A stretch of 64,000 nucleotides of DNA from Eledone cirrhosa (taxonomy: Eukaryota): assembly GCA_964016885.1 (NCBI GenBank), contig OZ024742.1:349494001-349558000 (forward strand). Direction: 5' to 3'. Of this stretch, positions 12,501-24,943 are shown in pieces. Within the stretch, counting starts at the first letter, position 1. Each line of letters opens with the position of its first letter. The notes under the pieces were generated by a model that ran no database searches, was not told where the DNA came from, and worked only from the letters and a program-made list of their open reading frames with translations. Position numbers and translations under genes: made by a program.

Positions 12501-15500
12501 TTACTAGACCCTTAGTTACCTTCAGTGGAGTTGATTCTGCTGCAAATATTTAGCCTACCAATTACTAGACCTTTAGTTACCTTCAGTGGAGTTGATTCTG
12601 TTGCAAGTATTTAGCCCACCAATTACTAGACCCTTAGTTACCTTCAGTGGAGTTGATTCTGTTGCAAGTATTTAGCCCACCAATTACTAGACCCTTAGTT
12701 ACCTTCAGTGGAGTTGATTCTGCTGCAAATATTTAGCCTACCAATTACTAGACGTTTAGTTACCTTCAGTGGAGTTGATTCTGTTGCAAGTATTTAGCCC
12801 ACCAATTACTAGACCCTTAGTTAACTTCAGTGGAGTTGATTCTGCTGCAAATATTTAGCCCACCAATTACCAGACCTTTAGTTACCTTCAGTGGAGTTGA
12901 TTCTGTTGCAAGTATTTAGCCCACCAATTACTAGACCTTTAGTTACCTTCAGTGGAGTTGATTCTGCTGCAAGTATTTAGCCCACCAATTACTAGACCCT
13001 TAGTTACCTTCAGTGGAGTTGATTCTGTTGCAAGTATTTAGCCCACCAATTACTAGACCCTTAGTTACCTTCAGTGGAGTTGATTCTGTTGCAAGTATTT
13101 AGCCCACCAATTACTAGACTTTTAGTTACCTTTAGTGTAGTTGATTCTGTTGCAAGTATTTAGCCAACCAATTACTAGACCTTTAGTTACCTTTAGTGTA
13201 GTTGATTCTGTTGCAAGTATTTAGCCAACCAATTACTAGACCTTTAGTTACCTCTAGTGTACTTGATTCTGTTGCAAGTTTTTAGCCCACCAATTACCAG
13301 ACCTTTAGTTACCTTTAATGTAGTTGATTCTGCTGCAAGTATTTAGGCCACCAATTACCAAACCTTTAGTTACCTTTAGTGGAGTTGATTCTGCTGCAAG
13401 TATTTAGCCCACCAATTACCAGACCTTTAGTTACCTTTAGTGTAGTTGATTCTGTTGCAAGTATTTAGCCCACCAATTACTAGACCTTTAGTTACCTTTA
13501 GTGTAGTTGATTCTGCTGCAAGTATTTAGCCCACCAATTACTAGACCTTTAGTTACCTTTAGTGTAGTTGATTCTGCTGCAAGTATTTAGCCCACCAATT
13601 ACTAGACCTTTAGTTACCTTTAGTGTAGTTGATTCTGCTGCAAGTATTTAGCCGACCAATTACTAGACCTTTGATTACCTTTAGTGTAGTTGATTCTGTT
13701 GCAAGTATTTAGCTCACCAACTACTAGACCTTTAGTTACCTTCAGTGTTGTTGATTCTGCTTCAAGTTTTTAGCCGACCAATTACTAGACCTTTAGTTAC
13801 CTTTAGTGTAGTTGATTCTGCTGCAAGTATTTAGCTCACCAATTACTAGACCTTTAGTTACCTTTAGTGGAGTTGATTCAGTTGCAAGTATTTACTCCAC
13901 CAATTACTAGACCCTTAGATACCTTCAGTGTAGTTGATTCTGCTGCAAGTATTTAGCCCACCAATTACTAGACCTTTAGTTACCTTTAGTGTAGTTGATT
14001 CTGCTGCAAGTATTTAGCTCACCAATTACCAGACCTTTAGTTACCTTTAATGTAGTTGATTCTGTTGCAAGTATTTAGCTCACCAATTACTAGACCTTTA
14101 GTTACCTTCAGTGTTGTTGATTCTGCTGCAAGTTTTTAGCCGACCAATTACTAGACCCTTAGTTACCTTTAGTGTAGTTGATTCTGCTGCAAGTATTCAG
14201 CTCACCAATTACTAGACCTTTAGTTACCTTTAGTGTAGTTGATTCTGCTGCAAGTATTTAGCTCACCAATTACTAGACCTTTAGTTACCTTTAGTGTAGT
14301 TGATTCTGTTGCAAGTATTTAGCCCACCAATTACCAGACCTTTAGTTACCTTTAATGTAGTTGATTCTGTTGCAAGTATTTAACCGACCAATTACTAGAC
14401 CTTTAGTTACCTTTAGTGGAGTTGATTCTGTTGCAAGTATTTAGCCCACCAATTACTAGACCTTTAGTTACCTTTAGTGTAGTTGATTCTGCTGCAAGTA
14501 TTTAGCCCACCAATTACTAGACCTTTAGTTACTTTTAGTGTAGTTGATTCTGTTGCAAGTATTTAGCCCACCAATTACTAGACCCTTAGTTACCTTCAGT
14601 GGAGTTGATTCTGCTGCAAATATTTAGCCTACCAATTACTAGACCTTTAGTTACCTTCAGTGGAGTTGATTCTGTTGCAAGTATTTAGCCCACCAATTAC
14701 TAGACCCTTAGTTACCTTCAGTGGAGTTGATTCTGTTGCAAGTATTTAGCCCACCAATTACTAGACCCTTAGTTACCTTCAGTGGAGTTGATTCTGCTGC
14801 AAATATTTAGCCTACCAATTACTAGACGTTTAGTTACCTTCAGTGGAGTTGATTCTGTTGCAAGTATTTAGCCCACCAATTACTAGACCCTTAGTTACCT
14901 TCAGTGGAGTTGATTCTGCTGCAAATATTTAGCCCACCAATTACCAGACCTTTAGTTACCTTCAGTGGAGTTGATTCTGTTGCAAGTATTTAGCCCACCA
15001 ATTACTAGACCTTTAGTTACCTTCAGTGGAGTTGATTCTGCTGCAAGTATTTAGCCCACCAATTACTAGACCCTTAGTTACCTTCAGTGGAGTTGATTCT
15101 GTTGCAAGTATTTAGCCCACCAATTACTAGACCCTTAGTTACCTTCAGTGGAGTTGATTCTGTTGCAAGTATTTAGCCCACCAATTACTAGACTTTTAGT
15201 TACCTTTAGTGTAGTTGATTCTGTTGCAAGTATTTAGCCAACCAATTACTAGACCTTTAGTTACCTTTAGTGTAGTTGATTCTGTTGCAAGTATTTAGCC
15301 AACCAATTACTAGACCTTTAGTTACCTCTAGTGTAGTTGATTCTGTTGCAAGTTTTTAGCCCACCAATTACCAGACCTTTAGTTACCTTTAATGTAGTTG
15401 ATTCTGCTGCAAGTATTTAGGCCACCAATTACCAAACCTTTAGTTACCTTTAGTGGAGTTGATTCTGCTGCAAGTATTTAGCCCACCAATTACCAGACCT

Positions 15501-15736
15501 TTAGTTACCTTTAGTGTAGTTGATTCTGTTGCAAGTATTTAGCCCACCAATTACTAGACCTTTAGTTACCTTTAGTGTAGTTGATTCTGCTGCAAGTATT
15601 TAGCCCACCAATTACTAGACCTTTAGTTACCTTTAGTGTAGTTGATTCTGCTGCAAGTATTTAGCCCACCAATTACTAGACCTTTAGTTACCTTTAGTGT
15701 AGTTGATTCTGCTGCAAGTATTTAGCCGACCAATTA
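9576..15736. repeat. Higher-order repeat: three tandem copies of a 33/34-monomer unit (domain B, rich in CTTCAG monomers)
   Basis: CAACTAC variant at 9634/11647/13721 and GACGTTT at 10741/12754/14828, with offsets 2013 (33x61) and 2074 (34x61). GGCCACC..ACCAAACC, TTTACTCC and GTGTTG..GCTTCAAGTTTT recur with the same spacing. Confidence 0.93.
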
Positions 15737-16041
15737 CTAGACCTTTAGTTACCTTTAGTGTAGTTGATTCTGCTGCAAGTATTTAGCTCACCAATTACCA
15801 GACCTTTGGTTACCTTTAGTGTAGTTGATTCTGCTGCAAGTATTTAGCCGACCAATTACTAGACCTTTAGTTACCTTTAGTGTAGTTGATTCTGCTGCAA
15901 GTATTTAGCCCACCAAATACCAGACCTTTAGTTACCTTTAGTGGAGTTGATTCTGCTGCAAGTATTTAGCCCACCAATTACTAGACCTTTAGTTACCTTT
16001 AATGTAGTTGATTCTGCTGCAAGTATTTAGCCCACCAATTA

Positions 16042-19000
16042 CCAGACCTTAGTTACCTTTAGTGTAGTTGATTCTGTTGCAAGTATTTAGCCCACCAATT
16101 ACTAGACCTTTAGTTACCTTTAGTGGAGTTGATTCTGCTGCAAGTATTTAGGCCACCAATTACTATACCTTTAGTTACCTTTAGTGTAGTTGATTCTGTT
16201 GCAAGTATTTAGCCCACCAATTACTAGACCTTTAGTTACTATAGTGGAGTTGATTCTGCTGCAAGTATTTAGCTCACCAATTACCAGACCTTTAGTTACC
16301 TTTAGTGTAGTTGATTCTGCTGCAAGTATTTAGCCAACCAATTACCAGACCTTTAGTTACCTTTAATGTAGTTGATTCTGCTGCAAGTATTTAGCCCACC
16401 AATTACCAGACCTTTAGTTACCTTTAGTGTAGTTGATTCTGTTGCAAGTATTTAGCCCACCAATTACTAGACCTTTAGTTACCTTTAATGTAGTTGATTC
16501 TGCTGCAAGTATTTAGCTCACCAATTACCAGACCTTTAGTTACCTTTAGTGTAGTTGATTCTGTTGCAAGTATTTAGCCCACCAATTACTAGACCTTTAG
16601 TTACCTTTAATGTAGTTGATTCTGCTGCAAGTATTTAGCTCACCAATTACCAGACCTTTAGTTAGCTTTAATGTAGTTGATTCTGCTGCAAGTATTTAGC
16701 CCACCAATTACCAGACCTTTAGTTACCTTTAATGTAGTTGATTCTGCTGCAAGTATTTAGCTCACCAATTACCAGACCTTTAGTTACCTTTAGTGTAGTT
16801 GATTCTGTTGCAAGTATTTAGCCCACCAATTACCAGACCTTTAGTTACCTTTAGTGTAGTTGATTCTGTTGCAAGTATTTAGCCCACCAATTACTAGACC
16901 TTTAGTTACCTTTAATGTAGTTGATTCTGCTGCAAGTATTTAGCTCACCAATTAACAGACCTTTAGTTACCTTTAATGTAGTTGATTCTGCTGCAAGTAT
17001 TTAGCTCACCAATTACCAGACCTTTAGTTACCTTTAATGTAGTTGATTCTGCTGCAAGTATTTAGCCCACCAATTACCAGACCTTTAGTTACCTTTAATG
17101 TAGTTGATTCTGCTGCAAGTATTTAGCTCACCAATTACCAGACCTTTAGTTACCTTTAATGTAGTTGATTCTGCTGCAAGTATTTAGCCCACCAATTACC
17201 AGACCTTTAGTTACCTTTAATGTAGTTGATTCTGCTGCAAGTATTTAGCCCACCATTTACCAGACCTTTAGTTAACTTTAGTGGAGTTGATTCTGTTGCA
17301 AGTATTTAGCTAACCAATTACCAGACTTTTAGTTACCTTCAGTGTAGTTGATTCTGCTGCAAGTATTTAGCTCACCAATTACTAGACCTTTAGTTACCTT
17401 TAGTGTAGTTGATTCTGCTGCAAGTATTTAGCCCACCATTTACTATACCTTTAGTTACCTTTAGTGTAGTTGATTCTGCTGCAAGTATTTAGCCCACCAA
17501 TTACCAGACCTTTAGTTACCTTTAGTGGAGTTGATTCTGTTGCAAGTATTTAGCCCACCAATTACTAGACCTTTAGTTACCTTTAGTGTAGTTGATTCTG
17601 TTGCAAGTATTTAGCCCACCAATTACTAGACCTTTAGTTTCCTTTAGTGTAGTTGATTCTGTTGCAAGTATTTAGCCCACCAATTACTATACCTTTAGTT
17701 ACCTTTAGTGTAGTTGATTCTGCTGCAAGTATTTAGCCGACCAATTACTAGACCTTTAGTTACCTTTAGTGTAGTTGATTCTGCTGCAAGTATTTAGCTC
17801 ACCAATTACCAGACCTTTAGTTACCTTTAGTGTAGTTGATTCTGCTGCAAGTATTTAGCCGACCAAATACCAGACCTTTAGTTACCTTTAGTGGAGTTGA
17901 TTCTGTTGCAAGTATTTAGCCCACCAATTACTAGACCTTTAGTTACCTTTAGTGTAGTTGATTCTGTTGCAAGTATTTAGCCCACCAATTACTAGACCTT
18001 TAGTTTCCTTTAGTGTAGTTGATTCTGTTGCAAGTATTTAGCCCACCAATTAGTATACCTTTAGTTACCTTTAGTGTAGTTGATTCTGTTGCAAGTATTT
18101 AGCCCACCAATTACTAGACCTTTAGTTACCTTTAGTGGAGTTGATTCTGCTGCAAGTATTTAGCCCACCAATTACCAGACCTTTAGTTACCTTTAGTGGA
18201 GTTGATTCTGTTGCAAGTATTTAGCCCACCAATTACCAGACCTTTAGTTACCTTTAGTGGAGTTGATTCTGTTGCAAGTATTTAGCCCACCAATTACCAG
18301 ACCTATAGTTACCTTTAGTGGAGTTGATTCTGTTGCAAGTATTTAGCCCACCAATTACCAGACCTTTAGTTACCTTTAGTGGAGTTGATTCTGTTGCAAG
18401 TATTTAGCCCACCAATTACCAGACCTTTAGTTACCTTTAGTGGAGTTGATTCTGTTGCAAGTATTTAGCCCACCAATTACCAGACCTTTAGTTACCTTTA
18501 GTGGAGTTGATTCTGTTGCAAGTATTTAGCCCACCAATTACCAGACCTTAGTTACCTTTAGTGTAGTTGATTCTGTTGCAAGTATTTAGCCCACCAATTA
18601 CTAGACCTTTAGTTACCTTTAGTGGAGTTGATTCTGCTGCAAGTATTTAGGCCACCAATTACTATACCTTTAGTTACCTTTAGTGTAGTTGATTCTGTTG
18701 CAAGTATTTAGCCCACCAATTACTAGACCTTTAGTTACTATAGTGGAGTTGATTCTGCTGCAAGTATTTAGCTCACCAATTACCAGACCTTTAGTTACCT
18801 TTAGTGTAGTTGATTCTGCTGCAAGTATTTAGCCAACCAATTACCAGACCTTTAGTTACCTTTAATGTAGTTGATTCTGCTGCAAGTATTTAGCCCACCA
18901 ATTACCAGACCTTTAGTTACCTTTAGTGTAGTTGATTCTGTTGCAAGTATTTAGCCCACCAATTACTAGACCTTTAGTTACCTTTAATGTAGTTGATTCT

Positions 19001-20860
19001 GCTGCAAGTATTTAGCTCACCAATTACCAGACTTTTAGTTACCTTTAGTGTAGTTGATTCTGTTGCAAGTATTTAGCCCACCAATTACTAGACCTTTAGT
19101 TACCTTTAATGTAGTTGATTCTGCTGCAAGTATTTAGCTCACAAATTACCAGACCTTTAGTTAGCTTCAATGTAGTTGATTCTGCTGCAAGTATTTAGCC
19201 CACCAATTACCAGACCTTTAGTTACCTTTAATGTAGTTGATTCTGCTGCAAGTATTTAGCTCACCAATTACCAGACCTTTAGTTACCTTTAGTGTAGTTG
19301 ATTCTGTTGCAAGTATTTAGCCCACCAATTACCAGACCTTTAGTTACCTTTAGTGTAGTTGATTCTGTTGCAAGTATTTAGCCCACCAATTACTAGACCT
19401 TTAGTTACCTTTAATGTAGTTGATTCTGCTGCAAGTATTTAGCTCACCAATTACCAGACCTTTAGTTACCTTTAATGTAGTTGATTCTGCTGCAAGTATT
19501 TAGCTCACCAATTACCAGACCTTTAGTTACCTTTAATGTAGTTGATTCTGCTGCAAGTATTTAGCCCACCAATTACCAGACCTTTAGTTACCTTTAATGT
19601 AGTTGATTCTGCTGCAAGTATTTAGCTCACCAATTACCAGACCTTTAGTTACCTTTAATGTAGTTGATTCTGCTGCAAGTATTTAGCCCACCAATTACCA
19701 GACCTTTAGTTACCTTTAATGTAGTTGATTCTGCTGCAAGTATTTAGCCCACCATTTACCAGACCTTTAGTTAACTTTAGTGGAGTTGATTCTGTTGCAA
19801 GTATTTAGCTAACCAATTACCAGACTTTTAGTTACCTTCAGTGTAGTTGATTCTGCTGCAAGTATTTAGCTCACCAATTACTAGACCTTTAGTTACCTTT
19901 AGTGTAGTTGATTCTGCTGCAAGTATTTAGCCCACCATTTACTATACCTTTAGTTACCTTTAGTGTAGTTGATTCTGCTGCAAGTATTTAGCCCACCAAT
20001 TACCAGACCTTTAGTTACCTTTAGTGGAGTTGATTCTGTTGCAAGTATTTAGCCCACCAATTACTATACCTTTAGTTACCTTTAGTGTAGTTGATTCTGC
20101 TGCAAGTATTTAGCTCACCAATTACCAGACCTTTAGTTACCTTTAATGTAGTTGATTCTGTTGCAAGTATTTAGCCCACCAATTACCAGACCTTTAGTTA
20201 CCTTTAGTGGAGTTGATTCTGTTGCAAGTATTTAGCCCACCAATTACTAGACCTTTAGTTACCTTTAGTGTAGTTGATTCTGTTGCAAGTATTTAGCCCA
20301 CCAATTACTAGACCTTTAGTTTCCTTTAGTGTAGTTGATTCTGTTGCAAGTATTTAGCCCACCAATTACTATACCTTTAGTTACCTTTAGTGTAGTTGAT
20401 TCTGTTGCAAGTATTTAGCCCACCAATTACTAGACCTTTAGTTACCTTTAGTGGAGTTGATTCTGCTGCAAGTATTTAGCCCACCAATTACCAGACCTTT
20501 AGTTACCTTTAGTGGAGTTGATTCTGTTGCAAGTATTTAGCCCACCAATTACCAGACCTTTAGTTACCTTTAGTGGAGTTGATTCTGTTGCAAGTATTTA
20601 GCCCACCAATTACCAGACCTATAGTTACCTTTAGTGGAGTTGATTCTGTTGCAAGTATTTAGCCCACCAATTACCAGACCTTTAGTTACCTTTAGTGGAG
20701 TTGATTCTGTTGCAAGTATTTAGCCCACCAATTACCAGACCTTTAGTTACCTTTAGTGGAGTTGATTCTGTTGCAAGTATTTAGCCCACCAATTACCAGA
20801 CCTTTAGTTACCTTTAGCGGAGTTGATTCTGTTGCAAGTATTTAGCCCACCAATTACTAG
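16042..20860. repeat. Tandem duplication of a 41-monomer unit (16042-18540; second copy from 18541, net 3 monomers shorter distally)
   Basis: Deletion GACCTTAG (~16050/18549), TTACTATAGTGG (~16240/18739) and GCTAACC (17311/19810) all at offset 2499 = 41x61-2. ACCTATAG at 18305/20621 has offset 2316 = 38x61-2. Confidence 0.88.
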
Positions 20861-23800
20861 ACCTTTAGTTTCCTTTAGTGGAGTTGATTCTGTTGCAAGT
20901 ATTTAGCCCACCAATTACCAGACCTTTAGTTACCTTTAGTGGAGTTGATTCTGTTGCAAGTATTTAGCCCACCAATTACCAGACCTTTAGTTACCTTTAG
21001 TGGAGTTGATTCTGTTGCAAGTATTTAGCCCACCAATTACCAGACCTTTAGTTACCTTTAGTGGAGTTGATTCTGTTGCAAGTATTTAGCCCACCAATTA
21101 CCAGACCTTTAGTTACCTTTAGTGTAGTTGATTCTGTTGCAAGTATTTAGCCCACCAATTACTAGACCTTTAGTTACCTTTAGTGGAGTTGATTCTGTTG
21201 CAAGTATTTAGCCCACCAATTACTAGACCTTTAGTTACCTTTAGTGGAGTTGATTCTGTTGCAAGTATTTAGCCCACCAATTACTAGAACCTTAGTTACC
21301 TTTAGTGGAGTTGATTCTGCTGCAAGTATTTAGCCCACCAATTACTAGACCTTTAGTTACCTTTAGTGGAGTTGATTCTGTTGCAAGTATTTAGCCCACC
21401 AATTACTAGACCCTTAGTTACCTTTAGTGGAGTTGATTCTGTTGCAAGTATTTAGCCCACCAATTACTAGACCTTTAGTTACCTTTAGTGGAGTTGATTC
21501 TGTTGCAAGTATTTAGCCCACCAATTACTAGACCCTTAGTTACCTTTAGTGGAGTTGATTCTGCTGCAAATATTTAGCCCACCAATTACCAGACCTTTAG
21601 TTACCTTTTGTGGAGTTGATTCTGCTGCAAGTATTTAGCTCACCAATTACCAGACCTTTAGTTACCTTTAATGTAGTTGATTCTGCTGCAAGTATTTAGC
21701 ACACTAAATACCAGACCTTTAGTTACCTTTAATGTAGTTGATTCTGTTGCAAGTATTTAGCCCACCAATTACCAGACCTTTAGTTACTTTTAATGTAGTT
21801 GATTCTGCTGCAAGTATTTAGCCCACCAAATACCAGACCTTTAGTTACCTTTAATGTAGTTGATTCTGCTGCAAGTATTTAGCCCACCAATTACCAGACC
21901 TTTAGTTACCTTTAATGTAGTTGATTCTGCTGCAAGTATTTAGCCTACCAATTACCAGACTTTTAGTTACCTTCAGTGTAGTTGATTCTGCTGCAAGTAT
22001 TTAGCTCACCAATTACCAGACCTTTAGTTACCTTTAGTGTAGTTGATTCTGCTGCAAGTATTTAGCCCACCATTTACTATACCTTTAGTTACCTTTAGTG
22101 TAGTTGATTCTGCTGCAAGTATTTAGCCCACCAATTACCAGACCTTTAGTTACCTTTAGTGGAGTTGATTCTGTTGCAAGTATTTAGCCCACCAATTACT
22201 ATACCTTTAGTTACCTTTAGTGTAGTTGATTCTGCTGCAAGTATTTAGCTCACCAATTACAAGACCTTTAGTTACCTTTAATGTAGTTGATTCTGTTGCA
22301 AGTATTTAGCCCACCAATTACCAGACCTTTAGTTACCTTTAGTGGAGTTGATTCTGTTGCAAGTATTTAGCCCACCAATTACTAGACCTTTAGTTACCTT
22401 TAGTGTAGTTGATTCTGTTGCAAGTATTTAGCCCACCAATTACTAGACCTTTAGTTTCCTTTAGTGTAGTTGATTCTGCTGCAAGTATTTAGCCCACCAA
22501 TTACCAGACCTTTAGTTACCTTTAGTGTAGTTGATTCTGTTGCAAGTATTTAGCCCACCAATTACTATACCTTTAGTTACCTTTAGTGTAGTTGATTCTG
22601 TTGCAAGTATTTAGCCCACCAATTACTAGACCTTTAGTTTCCTTTAGTGTAGTTGATTCTGTTGCAAGTATTTAGCCCACCAATTACTATACCTTTAGTT
22701 ACCTTTAGTGTAGTTGATTCTGTTGCAAGTATTTAGCCCACCAATTACTAGACCTTTAGTTACCTTTAGTGGAGTTGATTCTGCTGCAAGTATTTAGCCC
22801 ACCAATTACCAGACCTTTAGTTACCTTTAGTGGAGTTGATTCTGTTGCAAGTATTTAGCCCACCAATTACCAGACCTTTAGTTACCTTTAGTGGAGTTGA
22901 TTCTGTTGCAAGTATTTAGCCCACCAATTACCAGACCTATAGTTACCTTTAGTGGAGTTGATTCTGTTGCAAGTATTTAGCCCACCAATTACCAGACCTT
23001 TAGTTACCTTTAGTGGAGTTGATTCTGTTGCAAGTATTTAGCCCACCAATTACCAGACCTTTAGTTACCTTTAGTGGAGTTGATTCTGTTGCAAGTATTT
23101 AGCCCACCAATTACCAGACCTTTAGTTACCTTTAGTGGAGTTGATTCTGTTGCAAGTATTTAGCCCACCAATTACTAGACCTTTAGTTTCCTTTAGTGGA
23201 GTTGATTCTGTTGCAAGTATTTAGCCCACCAATTACCAGACCTTTAGTTACCTTTAGTGGAGTTGATTCTGTTGCAAGTATTTAGCCCACCAATTACCAG
23301 ACCTTTAGTTACCTTTAGTGGAGTTGATTCTGTTGCAAATATTTAGCCCACCAATTACCAGACCTTTAGTTACCTTTAGTGGAGTTGATTCTGTTGCAAG
23401 TATTTAGCCCACCAATTACCAGACCTTTAGTTACCTTTAGTGTAGTTGATTCTGTTGCAAGTATTTAGCCCACCAATTACTAGACCTTTAGTTACCTTTA
23501 GTGGAGTTGATTCTGTTGCAAGTATTTAGCCCACCAATTACTAGACCTTTAGTTACCTTTAGTGGAGTTGATTCTGTTGCAAGTATTTAGCCCACCAATT
23601 ACTAGAACCTTAGTTACCTTTAGTGGAGTTGATTCTGCTGCAAGTATTTAGCCCACCAATTACTAGACCTTTAGTTACCTTTAGTGGAGTTGATTCTGTT
23701 GCAAGTATTTAGCCCACCAATTACTAGACCCTTAGTTACCTTTAGTGGAGTTGATTCTGTTGCAAGTATTTAGCCCACCAATTACTAGACCTTTAGTTAC

Positions 23801-24943
23801 CTTTAGTGGAGTTGATTCTGTTGCAAGTATTTAGCCCACCAATTACTAGACCCTTAGTTACCTTTAGTGGAGTTGATTCTGCTGCAAGTATTTAGCCCAC
23901 CAATTACCAGACCTTTAGTTACCTTTTGTGGAGTTGATTCTGCTGCAAGTATTTAGCTCACCAATTACCAGACCTTTAGTTACCTTTAATGTAGTTGATT
24001 CTGCTGCAAGTATTTAGCACACTAAATACCAGACCTTTAGTTACCTTTAATGTAGTTGATTCTGTTGCAAGTATTTAGCCCACCAATTACCAGACCTTTA
24101 GTTACTTTTAATGTAGTTGATTCTGCTGCAAGTATTTAGCCCACCAAATACCAGACCTTTAGTTACCTTTAATGTAGTTGATTCTGCTGCAAGTATTTAG
24201 CCCACCAATTACCAGACCTTTAGTTACCTTTAATGTAGTTGATTCTGCTGCAAGTATTTAGCCTACCAATTACCAGACTTTTAGTTACCTTCAGTGTAGT
24301 TGATTCTGCTGCAAGTATTTAGCTCACCAATTACCAGACCTTTAGTTACCTTTAGTGTAGTTGATTCTGCTGCAAGTATTTAGCCCACCATTTACTATAC
24401 CTTTAGTTACCTTTAGTGTAGTTGATTCTGCTGCAAGTATTTAGCCCACCAATTACCAGACCTTTAGTTACCTTTAGTGGAGTTGATTCTGTTGCAAGTA
24501 TTTAGCCCACCAATTACTATACCTTTAGTTACCTTTAGTGTAGTTGATTCTGCTGCAAGTATTTAGCTCACCAATTACAAGACCTTTAGTTACCTTTAAT
24601 GTAGTTGATTCTGTTGCAAGTATTTAGCCCACCAATTACCAGACCTTTAGTTACCTTTAGTGGAGTTGATTCTGTTGCAAGTATTTAGCCCACCAATTAC
24701 TAGACCTTTAGTTACCTTTAGTGTAGTTGATTCTGTTGCAAGTATTTAGCCCACCAATTACTAGACCTTTAGTTTCCTTTAGTGTAGTTGATTCTGCTGC
24801 AAGTATTTAGCCCACCAATTACCAGACCTTTAGTTACCTTTAGTGTAGTTGATTCTGTTGCAAGTATTTAGCCCACCAATTACTATACCTTTAGTTACCT
24901 TTAGTGTAGTTGATTCTGTTGCAAGTATTTAGCCCACCAATTA
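20308..24943. repeat. Tandem duplication of a 38-monomer unit (20308-22625 and 22626-24943)
   Basis: TAGAACC at 21289/23607, GCACACTAAATACC at ~21700/24018 and TTACAAG at 22261/24579. Offset 2318 = 38x61. Confidence 0.9.
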
